A DNA stretch of 64,000 nt from Octopus sinensis (GCF_006345805.1 NC_042999.1:163928001-163992000), one strand, 5' to 3'. Shown: positions 40,059 through 53,276, counted from the stretch's first letter. Notes: generated by a model from the sequence alone, not told the origin. Program-made: numbers and translations.

Positions 40059-40590
40059 CAACAACAACAATAATAATTGTTCTTCAAGAATTCCTGAATA
40101 TTTCACTGCCAATTCTTCTTAATGATGTCATAACTTTCTTTCAAACGAAAAGACTTCGAAAGGAAATGCTGTGACGGAATTGAACGAATAATTCGAGATA
40201 TTCATTACAACGAATTCACATTAAAAGAATAAATAAACGTTTACAGTTTTTCAATGGGATGAATAAAATAATGACTCTAATAGGTATCTTACCATACAAA
40301 TAAACGTAAAGTGTACTATGTGAGATAAAGAAATAGAACCAAACGAAAGTGGACGACTCGTTAGCAACTGTGTTGCTTAACTTTATCCCATACTATTGAA
40401 TTATGGTTTTCTAAAGGCAATCTAGAAACATGGATGCAGGATAAAGCAAAGGAACCTCAGGTCCTTTAAAGCGAGCGTTTTTCTCTGTTACCGTGACGGA
40501 AGGGAAAAGCAGGTGTGAAGAGTATAACTCAGCGTTTCGGACGGTTTCTTCGGCTTCTTTGTAATTCTCTCAAGCTGGCTACCTCTGCAG

Positions 40591-40935
40591 AAGAATTAGC
40601 CGACAGTGGCTCCACTGGCGACGAAAGAAGTTCCACTCAGCGCAGCTATGAACCGTATGAGCTGCAGATCTACTCAGATTTGGGAACGGACCACGATGAC
40701 TCCATCGAAATCCTCTCGTGTCAACTGGAACCGGGAGAATCGATATATTACAAAATGGAAAGCGGGACAACGACGAGGTGCAAGGAGGTAGTTAAACGCT
40801 TTGCCAAGAGAGAACCCACTAAGAAACAGAAGTTGATCGCCCGTGTTGTCATGATCGTCTCCATGACAATGCTGACTGTTAGCGTTCTTTTGGTGATTGT
40901 TTCCCTCACAATGTCTGAACACATCGATGATTTAG
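40591..40935 (+). CDS. Internal coding exon of an uncharacterised single-pass membrane protein (alternative acceptor at 40574)
   Basis: Unique, GC-richer open frame with an acidic segment, a basic patch (KREPTKKQK), one TM helix (VVMIVSMTMLTVSVLLVIVSLTM) and SEHIDDL. Strong donor G|GTGAGT at 40935/40936; acceptor CTCTGCAG| at 40590 after a pyrimidine tract. An in-frame stop at 40494 excludes a longer 5' frame. Confidence 0.75.
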
Positions 40936-41413
40936 GTGAGTACACAGTTTTACAATTGTCTACATTTCGGACACATAAAGTGCTGAGTTCGATATTTTGC
41001 AGTATAACACAAACACCTCTCCAATAACTACTATATCATTAACTGCAAACTCTATTAACAACAACACCTCTTTATGAGTTTTTAACACTTCTCTATCGAC
41101 TATAGACTTTATTGTCTACAACACCTATCTATAGATTATAACACTTTTCTGATACATATAACACCCTCTATTGGTTAAAACACCTATCTACTCACTATAA
41201 CACCTTTCTGTTCATTATAGAACCTTTCTATTGAATTTCTATTAACACCTCTTTATAGTCATAATCAATTCGAATTTCCTATAGTTTATGCACTTAAAAA
41301 ATTCACTCTCTGCAAAAGAAATTATTTTCTGTACATTATTACTACTTACTCAGAAATGTAAGTTATTTGTCAATTATGTATGTCCACTCCCCGCAACTTG
41401 ACAAAAGCTGTGC

Positions 41414-41464
<51 letters not shown>

Positions 41465-41469
41465 GTTGA

Positions 41470-41623
41470 TTGTTATGGCTGGTCAGAGAGTGACCATTAG
41501 TCTTGCACCTATAAAGCACTTAGTCGTATGGGAGACTCGCGTGCCTGACAAGTCACCTATGCGGTTAAGCGCCGCACTTTATAGGTGCGGAACTAATGGT
41601 CTTCCGTGACCCGGGCATAACAA
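41470..41623. mobile_element. Short MITE-like fold-back
   Basis: TTGTTATG..GACCATTAGT..GCACCTATAAAG / CTTTATAGGTGC..ACTAATGGTC..CATAACAA; next to (TA)n. Confidence 0.75.
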
Positions 41624-41625
41624 AG

Positions 41626-41657
<32 letters not shown>

Positions 41658-41667
41658 TATATATAAT

Positions 41668-41716
<49 letters not shown>

Positions 41717-41837
41717 TATATATATATAAGTATATAAATATATAATATATATATATACGTGTGTGTGTGTGTGTATTGATAGAAATGGCAAGACAACAAA
41801 AGAATAAAAGAGACCTTGATATTATGTAGAGGAATTT

Positions 41838-42056
41838 ATCTGTAAATGTAATATGTGACAATTATTCGGTAGCCATGATAAAACTCCGAGTTTCGGATGT
41901 CGAGGCGGAAACTCACGCCGGCATCTCTTCAGTTATTCAGTTTTTTTCGATGGCTCCATAACTGAAGAGATACCGGCGTGGATTTCCGCCCCGACATCCG
42001 AAACTCCTAGTTTTATCATGGCTACCGAATAATTGTCACATATTATATTTACAGAT
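41838..42056. mobile_element. Fold-back element, ~100-bp arms, ~20-nt spacer
   Basis: ATCTGTAAAT..GTGACAATTATTCGGTAGCCATGATAAAACT..TCTTCAGTTAT mirrored with few mismatches. Confidence 0.9.
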
Positions 42057-43135
42057 ATATATACATATATATAGTACACACAAATATATATACTCGTACA
42101 CACACACACGCGCGCGCACACACACCTTCATATTCTTTTTCATTTTGTATCCAGCCTCAACGAATTCTCGCACGTGAGGCACTCAGAGTATCAATGAGTG
42201 ACTCATTAGCATTGAGAGAATATATAAACTCTGTTACATGCATTGAGTACATTTTCACTGTATTTACACCTAAACGTACATACACTCACACACACACACA
42301 CACATGAGCGCGCGCGCTCAGATACATACACTCGCAGACAAACGTACGTATATTTTAGATATAATACATACATACATATATAAATCAAAATAAGCAACAG
42401 GATACCAAGTAGTGATGGAATAAGACCGTTTCAAGCGATCCCGTTTAATTAAACAATGTAATGATTACATCAATTTAAATTCAGTAACATCTTCAGCTGC
42501 ACAAAAAAATAAATGGAATTTTAACAAGTAGAACACATTAATATAATTTTTCTTAAATATTTTGACAGAGCAAGATGGAAGAAATTCACGTTGTCACTAT
42601 TGTAGCTAAGAATAGACTACAACTTACAACTTCTAAGAATCGCATAGAGCATAGTGGGGTCATAGGGCTGTAAGGGTTGTAATTCATTTATAATTCATTT
42701 ATCTCTTTATCAACTACATATATATGTATATATACATGCATATATACATATAAGACTAGAAGACTATTTTGAATAAAGGAAAAGAGTTAGTTGACAGTTC
42801 GTGGTTAGGTATTGTCATAAATATTATCATATATATCCTTTTTCCCCAGGAAGGAAATAAGACATTAGGAATAGTCAGTTGGATATAAGTAACTGCCTAT
42901 AAAAAGAGGCAGGTAGGAGTAGACTTTAAATCATGATGTTAATTACCAGTTAAAGGGGGAAGACGCCAAGAAACCTAAGATATTAATAGAAATTTTATAT
43001 AGGGGCACTATGGTCGATTGTTTATAAACCATATTGTCATGTTGTATGAAAATAAAATTTAAGAATTTCAAAAATGATATCATAACCGAAATAGGTAAAA
43101 GGTGTGTATAATAGGTAAAATGTGTGTGTATAAAA

Positions 43136-43294
43136 GGCGGCGAGCTGGCAGAAACGTTAGCACACCGGGCAAAATGCTTAGCGGTATTTCGTCCGTCTTC
43201 ATGTTCTGAGTTCAAATTCCGTCGAGGTCGACTTTGCCCTTTCGGGGTCGACAAATTAAGTACCAGTTACGCACTGGAGTCGCTGTGATTGACT
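43136..43294 (+). mobile_element. tRNA-derived SINE family 1
   Basis: Homologous to 17644-17874. Confidence 0.85.
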
Positions 43295-44086
43295 ATGTTT
43301 TTATTTTTTATGTTCTCGTTTCTCATTCTGTCTACGTTTCTTTCATGTCCTGTACCCATATATGCATGTATATATACATATATATGTAGGTACGTACATA
43401 TTTATACATTATTTATATTGTTATATGATCGAACGCCACGCATCCATTTGCAAGTAAGTTTTATCTTAATAATTACGATGCGCACTCTTATTCTATCTCT
43501 ATTCTTTCTATCTGTCTTCCTCTCTTCTTCTTTTTCCTTTCTGTTTTTCTCTGCCACCCTTTGCTTGTTCTTCTCCTCTCCACTTCACCGTTCCCCCTCT
43601 CTCTCTCACTCTTTCTTGTTGCTCACACGTGACCAATGACCATCCGTCTTTCTTTCTTCTACTTCCTTCCTAAAGACAAAACATACTTTTATTTGTCTCT
43701 TCTCAAAGCTCGTTTTTCCATCGTTCACCACTTCACATCGTCTTGGCTTAACAACCCTCACCGTTTGTTTTTTACTGTTTTGTTCTCACTGTCCTGTTTT
43801 TGTTACCACTTTCACCCCCTGCAATAAATTCCCAAATTTTATTTAATTTGCTTTGCGGGAAGGACTGTTTTAACGAAGTAGATAGAACGGGGGACAACTA
43901 ATGAAAGGAATGTTCTTTATGTTGCATGTCTCATTTTCCTGTTTGCTTGTTTCTTTCGTTGTTTGAAAAAATGTTCGTTTTATATGTTTTTGTATTTTAT
44001 GTTCTCGTTTCTCATTCTCTCTGCGTTTTTTTATGTCCTGTACCCACATATGCATGTATATATACATATATATGTAGGTATGTAGA

Positions 44087-44130
<44 letters not shown>

Positions 44131-44326
44131 ATATTATATATATATATATATATGCATATATTTATATATTATTGATATTATTATATGATCGAACGCCACG
44201 CATCCATTTCCATATATATATATATGGTTGGAATTTACAAAAGAAAAACGAAGCAAAACAAAAGAGGAAGACGGGTGTGTAAACAACAAAAGATGTACTA
44301 GTTTAACGCTCGTGAAGTGAGAAAGT

Positions 44327-44362
44327 CTTTTACGTTTCGAGCCTACGCTCTTCGACAGAAAG
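44327..44362 (-). ncRNA. Minimal hammerhead motif with A6U core (CUGUCGA)
   Basis: CUUU-CUGUCGA-A-GAGC(GUAG)GCUC-GAAA-CG-UA-AAAG. All three stems are intact; stem III is the palindrome ACGU. Confidence 0.6.
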
Positions 44363-44435
44363 GAACATAGAAATAGAGAGAAAAAAAGGTTTAGTGGCTA
44401 GCGATCAATCATGGCGAATATACATACATACGTAC

Positions 44436-44496
<61 letters not shown>

Positions 44497-44990
44497 TATG
44501 TGTAGATATGGATATGTATGTGTGTATGAGTATGTGCATATATATATGTATACATATGTATAAGAGTGTGTGTATATGTGTGTATACGTATAAACATGTG
44601 TGTGTATGTGTGTATACATGTATGGATATGTACTTGTATGTATGCATATCTGTATGTCTGTGCGTATAATGTATATGCATATATATGTATGTGTGCATGT
44701 ATATGTGTGTATGTACACCAACCCTCCTATGAGAACTGAAATAGTTGACCACACCACACAGGTCAACTTTTGACAAGAACATAAGAATACTGACCATTCC
44801 TAAATTTTCCATTTGCTTATTCTTCATAGACTGTAATCTGCTCCCACTGTTCTCAATTGCTATTAATCATATTTTTCATTTTTATTATATTTTTATTTAT
44901 ATATCTGTTTTATATTGACTCCATTTACTTTTTTCTCTTCTCCTTTCCCTTCTTTGCCTTCTTTCTTCCTTCCTTTTGTTGGTGTGATTT

Positions 44991-45113
44991 TTCTTCTTCT
45001 TCTTCTTCTTCTTCTTCTTCTTCTTCTTCTTCTTCTTCTTCTTCTTCTTCTTCTTCTTCTTCTTCTTCTTCTTCTTCTTCTTCTTCTTCTTCTTCTTCTT
45101 CTTCTTCTTCTTC
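44991..45113 (+). repeat. Pure (TTC)n array, about 41 units
   Basis: Direct reading; source of the poly-K/E/S/L artefact ORFs. Confidence 0.95.
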
Positions 45114-45169
45114 ACAAATGCTTTTTTTATACTTTAACATTTCTAAATCTTCTTTAATATATATATATA

Positions 45170-46887
45170 CTAGCAGAGATACCATGGAATTGATGAATTA
45201 GACTTTTTTTTTAATATTATCTCTAATGAACTGGAATATCTATGATTCGAATTTCAGCAAAATTGCAGATGAAGAATTATAATGAGGGTTCTTTCCCTCT
45301 TTAAATGCCCTAACTAAAAATTCTAATAATGACATATTTATCCCATCTTTATGCCCAGATTCCAAAATCCAAATCTTATGAAACCTATTCAAAGGTTTTT
45401 ACTCCTGAAAAATGGAGCACATGGTCCTCTAAAATGTGGGAGTCAAGGCCCCTATTGGGGGTCTTAAAGTCAACCATAGAAGTTGAATTGTTGGGAATTT
45501 TTAAAACTTGGGTCTTATATCTATTGTCCAAATTTCTTAGAAATTGGAAATATATGTATGGTCACTGGGTTTGTAAAAGAGAGCAAAGCTACAAGAAACC
45601 AAAAGACAAATGATCACAATAAGCAGTCAGCTACCCTAGTCGTTACCATTCCCCAATGTAGGATTCCTCACCATACAGGTGACAGTTACAGCCGTAAGAT
45701 GCATTATGAATCTATAGCAATAGGAAGGACGTGACCCAACTCAAATAAACATTAACAACTGTGTGACGTGAGGGCTAAGGGGAAATGAAAGTGTCACCTC
45801 TGGAGTTTGCCAATGATCACTATGCCGATAGGTAACTGGACAGAATAAATTTGCAATCTATAAATCTCTTTGAATAACCAGTCTTTTATCTGGGAAGGCC
45901 TTGAAATCGATGTTACCATCTGGGAACTATCTCTGATCCAGTGATAATTAAAAGACTCAAAGGAGGTCTGCAACCAAATAACTTTACTCAACATTTTGCA
46001 ACTGAATCAGTGTATGCAGAGATGTCTCTTCTTACTTGACAATTTATGCACCACATTGCAGAAATCACATTCTAAGTATATCTCAAAGCGAAGTCTTACA
46101 CTGTTGTACCATTAAATTACAAATAACGCTCATCTTGTATGTTTGGGTAGCCCTACAGCTTCCAAGAGTACAATTGTATTCGTCTTGGCTTAGGAAAAAT
46201 GACTAAATAGTGGGGGCTAAGCCCCCATTAAGGGGTCTTACTAGCTCCTTTTAGAAGTTGAAATTTTAGAAATATTCATTTGTGTCTAATGTCTATGGTT
46301 AACGTTTCATCAACAGCAAAAAATATATGAATTTCCATGGGGGCTTCATTCATGCCCCCCTCACTTTCAACGATATACTGCTTTACATTTGTCCTTATGC
46401 ATAGAATATAATTTCCACATTTCATAAAGATCCATTCTGTACTTTTGATCTAGTTTTGGATCATAACAAATCATTAAAATTTGGGGGTTAAGGCCCGCAT
46501 TGGGGGTCTTAAAATGCTCATGAGAAGCGGAAACTTTGGGAATACTTCTTGTCAATTACCTACAGTTTAAATTTCATCAACATCGGAAATTTATGAATTT
46601 TCATGGGGGCTCTACCCCCTTTAAGCTACCTTAAATTCAAACAAAATATACTGCATTATATCCGCCCCTATGCATTGAATCTAAGTTCCAAATATCATAA
46701 GGATTCATTCTGTAATTTTGGTCCATGAAATTGTATGAAACATATAGCATTACCTTTCTCCCAAGGCTTGGATTTTGTGTTCCAAATTTCATTAGGATTG
46801 GTGCAGTAGTTTTCGAATCTATAAGTAACACACGAGCACGTATAAAGACATTGCTTTTTATATAATAGATATAATAGATATAATAGA
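45170..46887 (-). mobile_element. Non-autonomous Helitron-like element, ~1.7 kb, with internal repeats
   Basis: Minus 5' end ATCTATTAT x3 followed by ATAAAAAGC..CCAATCCTAATGAAATTTGG. The 3' end GTATCTCTGCTAG|T is at 45170; the subterminal hairpin is degenerate. Confidence 0.6.
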
Positions 46888-46917
46888 TATAAATATGCAC
46901 ATATACATACACGTGTG

Positions 46918-46953
<36 letters not shown>

Positions 46954-47049
46954 AATAATGAAGGGTGAAATTAATTAATTTGGAATAATTATCAATTACA
47001 CCAAGTAGTCTTCGGCATGTAAAAGCCTCATTCGAGGAAAATTTAAGTA

Positions 47050-47421
47050 ATACTAAGCAATAAAGGGTTTAGCAACGAATTGCCTTACCACATACCGAAT
47101 TTAGAAATAGCAGTCAAAGAGTTATAGCTATTTCTTCTACTAAAAAGGGAGATCTCAGTAAAAACAGCAATTGGAAGGCAGACACAAACAGGTAAGAGAG
47201 AATGAATTGACGGCAATCTATCATACATTTTTAAGTTAACTTAAAAATGTATGATAGATTGCCGTCAATTCATTCTCTCTTACCTGTTTGTGTCTGCCTT
47301 CCAATTGCTGTTTTTACTGAGATCTCCCTTTTTAGTAGAAGAAATAGCTATAACTCTTTGACTGCTATTTCTAAATTCGGTATGTGGTAAGGCAATTCGT
47401 TGCTAAACCCTTTATTGCTTA

Positions 47422-47425
<4 letters not shown>
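47050..47425. repeat. Perfect spacer-less palindrome, 188-bp arms, centre GTT|AAC at 47237/47238
   Basis: Base-by-base comparison of the arms showed no mismatch. Confidence 0.92.
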
Positions 47426-47482
<57 letters not shown>

Positions 47483-47882
47483 TACAATTGAGAGAGCAAA
47501 CAAAAATATGAAACACTGGCTTGAAGAATTTTTTGTCGAATGAATCGACTCCAGAGATTTTTTTATTTTGATAAGCCTGGTACTTATTCTATCAGTCTCT
47601 TCTTGTCAAGCCAGTAAGTTATGGGGATGTAAATAAACCAACAGCAGTTGTCAAGCAGTGATGAGAGAGAAACACAGACACACACATACACTACATATAT
47701 ACATACATATATATCCGATAAATTTCTTTCAGTTTTTGTCCACGAAATGCACTCAGAAAGCTTTGGTTAGTTTGAGGCTATAGCAGATGATACATGCCAA
47801 ATTAGCATAAAGTAGGACTGAACCCAGTACCATGTGTTTTGGAACCAACATTCTTACCACACAGCCACACCTGAACCTATAT

Positions 47883-47954
<72 letters not shown>

Positions 47955-48610
47955 ATATACATATATATATGGTATATATGTATCTATATGTATGTATGTA
48001 TATATGTATACATATATATATATATATATCTATATATATATATATATATTATATATATGTATAAATATGTGTATGCATGTGTATACGTATATATGTATAT
48101 GTGTTTATATTACATATACATCTATATATATATTCATATATGTACATACATATATATGTACACATATATATATATACACATATATACATGCATACATATA
48201 TTTATACATATATATACATAAAAACATACATATATACATATATAAACATATAAATCTATATATATATATATATATATAATTAGGGTTTAGAAAAAAAAAT
48301 TACTTTACCACACACAGAACTTTTAGAAATAGCAGCCAAAGAATTTAGCTATTTCCTCTACTATAAGAAGAGTCTCCCAGGTAAATATATATACATGTAT
48401 ATATATATATATGTACATCTAAACATATACATCCATACATATACATCTATATATATACACATATGTGCAGATACATATATATATACATATATACATATAT
48501 AAACATATATATATATATATATATATATATAGTATATATATATATATATATATATATATTCATCTATACATATACATCTATACGTGTACATCTACTATAT
48601 ATATATATAT

Positions 48611-48641
<31 letters not shown>

Positions 48642-48717
48642 CATCTATATATAATCTCTCTCTCTATATATATACATATGTGCAGACGTATACACACACA
48701 CCACACATAAATATATA

Positions 48718-48761
<44 letters not shown>

Positions 48762-48845
48762 AAGGGTGAAAAGGAACACACGAGTTGATATATATGAAAA
48801 AACAAGTCAAAAATAGAAAATGCTAAAATAATTTTATAGTGAACA

Positions 48846-48889
48846 TTTCAGTACCGGTTTCGGTCATTTTGAGACCTTTTCAACTGTAA
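48846..48889 (-). ncRNA. Minimal type-I hammerhead with U3-A8 core variant
   Basis: UUACAG-UUGAAAA-GGUC(UCAAAAU)GACC-GAAA-CCGG-UA-CUGAAA; predicted cut after the A at 48852. Confidence 0.7.
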
Positions 48890-49179
48890 CGATTAAATAA
48901 TTAAATTTAGAAAAATTAGAAGAAAAGTTTTTTTAAAGGAATATTTCTATAGTAGTGTTCAGATATTAGTAGCATTCTGCCTTTCTCTGACTCCCTTGTT
49001 TGCACTTGTGTGTGTGTGTGTGTATGTATGTGCGTGTGTGTGTATATATATATATGCATATGTATGTATGTATAATTATATGTATGTATATATGTATATG
49101 TATATATATATGTATGTATATGTATATATATGTATGTATGTGTATATATATATATGTATATATGTAAATATATATATAT

Positions 49180-49212
<33 letters not shown>

Positions 49213-49785
49213 ATGTGTGTGTGTATGTATGTGTATCTGTGTATGTGTGTGTGTCTGTATTTTTGTATGTGTATACATACATACATCCCGTCCGTACACG
49301 TTTATACACGTTTATACACGCTCGTGTGCACGATCATGCGCACATTGGCCTTACATATTTTCAAAAACGAAACTCGTCACGTCGTTCTGAGTATTTTAAA
49401 TTCTTTCTTAACATTATATCTTCAGAGAAAGAAATTTCTGTAATACGAAGTAATCCAGTCTAGTATCCTATAAAGTCCACGCCACCTTTTAGTTAAAGCT
49501 TCTGAGAGAAGGTAATTGATAAATAACTCTATAATAATGTACCGTCTCGCATAATTTGAGGCTACATATTAAATGGTATACAGAATGAGGATTTCAGTTT
49601 TTATTTAGCAATAAATTATATAGCGCAGGATTAGTTGTGCTTTTTAATCACATAGGTCCGCAGTGAATGCCACTGCGTAGCACCTTCGGCCAATGTCTCC
49701 TACTGTAGCCTCGTGTCTACCATTGCCATGTGTGAAGGCAGCTGAAATAAGACCGTCATTATATATATATATATATATCTATATA

Positions 49786-51028
49786 CAAGGGTTGGACAAA
49801 ATAATGGAAACACCTAGCATCATAGCATCATAATTTTGAAATATTTATAAAACAGTCAAAAACTTGTTTATTTTTATGTTTTTTGATTTATTATTATTGT
49901 TGCTTAATGTGTTTTGCTAAAATTGCCGTTTCTTTTCAGATATCATCAGAAAAAGGTAATTAAAATTCATTAAAATGACAGATCTATCTGACTTTCAAAG
50001 AGGTCAAATTGTTGGTGCTCTTATGGCAGGCGCTAGTGTAACGAAAACATTCGAAATGTTTGGTGTATCAAGAAGTACTGTCTTGAAAGTAATGACATCC
50101 TTTGAGAAAAAGCGAAAAACTTCCTCGTCAAAGCAAAACTCCGGATTAAAACCAAAACTTTCAGATAGGGACCGTCGGACTCTTACGCAAATTGCTAGAA
50201 AGGATCACACAAGTACAGCTCCTAAAATTACTGCAGAGCTTAATGACCACTTCGAGAACCCAGTTACCACAAAAACTGTTCTCCAGGAGCTGCACAAAGC
50301 CGGGTTTCACGGGAGGTCTGTCATCAGAAATCCACTACTTTCAAAAACAAACGTTGCAAAGCGTTTAGAGTGGAGTAAGAAGCTACAGAATTGGTCCTTA
50401 GAGCAGTGGAAGAATGTTATTTTCTCGGACGAGTCATCCTTTACCTTATTTTCGACCACCGGCCGAGTATACGTGTGGAGACAGCCAAAAGAAGCATTTG
50501 ATCCAGACTGCTTTCTTCCAACTGTTAAACATGGACGAGCATCTGTGATGGGGGTGCTATATCTTGGAAATCCGCCGGCCTAATGGTTTCCCTTCATGGC
50601 AGAATTAATAGTCAAGACTATTTAAACCTTTTATCTGATCAAATTCATCCTATGTTTGCAGAACTGTTTCCGGAGGGAAACGCAATCTTTCAGGATCATA
50701 ATGCACCAATTCACACGGCTAAAGTTGTTACTGAATGGCATGAGAAACATTCTAGTGAAGTTGAACATCTTATCTGAACACCACAGTTCCCAGATCTCAA
50801 TAGTATTGAACATTTATGGTGGATTTTAGAAAAACAAGTGAGTCTATATCCTCCACTAGGGACTGTTTTAGCTGAATAATGGATACAAATTTCTTTGAAA
50901 ACAATTCAGACTTTGTACGAGTCCATATCTCATAGAATGTAAGCTGTAATTACTGCCAAAGGTAGTCCAACCCCATATTAAAATAAATTTGTTTGAAATT
51001 TTAAGGTGTTTTCATTATTTTGTCCAAC

Positions 51029-51033
<5 letters not shown>
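49786..51033 (+). mobile_element. Tc1-family transposon, full length, inactivated; transposase 49975-50981
   Basis: TIRs CAAGGGTTGGACAAAATAATGGAAACACCT and its reverse complement, TA flanks. Motifs SDESSF, QDHNAPIH (from QDDNAP) and PDLNSIEHLW. One frameshift near 50550 and premature stops. Confidence 0.95.
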
Positions 51034-51073
<40 letters not shown>

Positions 51074-51317
51074 TATGCGCGCGCGCGTGTAATTGTCAGT
51101 AAAAGTGACTAAATGTTGTGATTAGGGTGTTAGAACACTTACATTGCTAGAAATAAGAGCTAAAATGTTCCAATGCTGTAGTTAAAGCACATAATTGTAT
51201 ACACATGTACTGACAGGGACCGTAATCAGCCGAAAGCACCGGTCGAGAATTCCCTATACTGATCGGTCAGTTCCGGCAAATTCCGTTGCCTCATCAGCAG
51301 GAGAGCGCGCGCGTGTG

Positions 51318-51525
51318 TTCCCCACCGCTTGACAACCGGTGATTTTTGTGTATTTACTTCCCCGTCAATTAGCGGCTCGGTGAAAAAGACGCTAGATTAA
51401 GTGCCAGGTTTACAAAATAAAAAAGGAAAAGAAAAATGAATTGGATTTGTTCGACTAAAAAAAAGTTCTTCAACACGGTGCCCTAGCATGGCCGCAATCT
51501 AATGACTGAAACAAGTAAAAGATAA
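51318..51525 (+). mobile_element. SINE 3' part (tail ..CCCCAGCATGGCCGCAGTC..GACTGAAACAAGTAAAAGA type); other copies 37140-37310 and 47500-47680 (-)
   Basis: Mutual similarity of three copies. Confidence 0.7.
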
Positions 51526-51779
51526 AAACGTTGCAGTCAATTGCAAATACAAAATGGCACGAAGTTTTGTCAGTGAACGGGTCGCGGTCTCAAAGCGACG
51601 AAAATATTTTGACAAATTAAATTTAAATGTTGAAGTGAATCTAACGGTTTTGTTATAACGATTATATTATACTTTAGTTTGATTATAATTATTACTTACT
51701 ACATATAATTCAATTGTTAGTATTATTTTTATTGTTAAAGTGAAAGTATCTGACATAAAATAGAGAAATGTTTTTGTTT

Positions 51780-51971
51780 CACTTTTACCAGGTAATACTG
51801 AAATAGTGGAGAAGATATGATATTGTAATGGGCTCGCCTTAGGCAAGAAGTTGAAAATTTTTTTGCCGATGACACTCCCCGGACCCTAAGTAAGGCATGT
51901 GTAAAATTTGAATGAAATTGGTTGTGTAGTTCTCAAGTTTTAGAGAAGCAGACAGACATTCTCAGTTTTAT

Positions 51972-51985
<14 letters not shown>
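51780..51985 (-). mobile_element. Helitron-like 5' fragment
   Basis: Minus strand TATATATATAAAACTGAGAATGTCTGTCTG..CCAATTTCATTCAAATTTTAC. Confidence 0.5.
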
Positions 51986-52031
<46 letters not shown>

Positions 52032-52104
52032 TAATGATAGACAGGTCTATAGGTCTATTATATGCATGAATATTTATGTTTAGTTAGTATTTTTGGTTTG
52101 ATTG

Positions 52105-52297
52105 ATTTCAAATTTTGGTTGAAGACCAGCAGGTTTGGGGGAGTGGTAAGCCGATTGCATCGACTCTAATGTTCAACTGGTAATTATTTCATCGACTCCG
52201 AAAGGATGAAAGGCAAAGTTGAATTCAGAATGTATAGACACACGAAACGCTGCTAAGCATTTTTCGGGAGTGCTAACGATTCTGACAGCTCGCCGCC
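52105..52297 (-). mobile_element. tRNA-derived SINE family 1, diverged
   Basis: Ends ..CAGCTCGCCGCC; central domain partly deleted. Confidence 0.75.
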
Positions 52298-52336
52298 TTC
52301 GTGTGATTATTTAACTGATTAATCATTTTATATGAA

Positions 52337-53094
52337 ATATAAGTGAAGGCACATGGCCTAGTGGCTAGGGTATTGCACGGCGTTCGCAACATTGTGGTTT
52401 CGAATCCCAGACAGGAGGTGCGAAGCGTTCTTGGGCTAAGGAACTCCATTTCAAGTTACTCTGGTCCACTCAGTAGTTGTAAATGGTTAGCTCTGCGACG
52501 AACTGACACCCTGTTCAGGTGGAATATGGGCCTACCCTCTGCGACAGCAGTGTATAACAACGCCTGATAGTCAAGTCCAGCGGTTCTCAACCATTTTCTG
52601 CCCATGGAACACACTTTGATTCTAATTTTACTGAAATGAACCTTCGAAGCCATCCAATGTTCAAAAAACCCTATAATTAAATATCATTAGGAATTGTATA
52701 AAGAAAATCATTAAGTCATGATTATTCATTTTGAATGAAATATAAGCCATGGTCCTGCCAGCTCAGCATAACCAAGAAAATCTATTATGAAAGTCGTTCA
52801 AATCGTGTGGTATATACGTAAATATATATATATATATATATATATAGGTGAGAAAGTTGGTGTGTGAAAGCACGTGGTTGAATATATAGAAAATAGTAAA
52901 AAGTGAAAAAACTACAGAAGGGTGTAAGTTTGTCGCAGAGCTAACCATTTACAACTACTGAGTGGACCAGAGTAACTTGAAATGGAGTTCCTTAGCCCAA
53001 GAACGCTTCGTACCTCCTGTCTGTGATTCGAAACCACAATGTTGCGAACGTCGTGCAATACCCTAGCCACTAAGCCATGTGCCTTCACTTATAT
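52337..53094. repeat. Inverted pair of a third tRNA-derived SINE (52337-52512 +, 52919-53094 -), 6 mismatches in ~175 bp
   Basis: A-box TGGCCTAGTGG and B-box GGTTTCGAATCC; arms compared by eye. Confidence 0.9.
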
Positions 53095-53153
53095 ATATAT
53101 ATATATATTATTATATATAATATATATATATATATATATAATATATATAATTA

Positions 53154-53193
<40 letters not shown>

Positions 53194-53232
53194 ATATATA
53201 TATATATCTATATATATATATACATATATATA

Positions 53233-53272
<40 letters not shown>

Positions 53273-53276
53273 ATAT

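Noticed and set aside
44897-45201. Poly-K/E/S/L proteins
   Set aside because: Six-frame readings of the (TTC)n array.
52345-52420. tRNA gene
   Set aside because: Only A/B-box-like heads without a complete cloverleaf, continuing into SINE bodies; the same applies to the other SINE heads.
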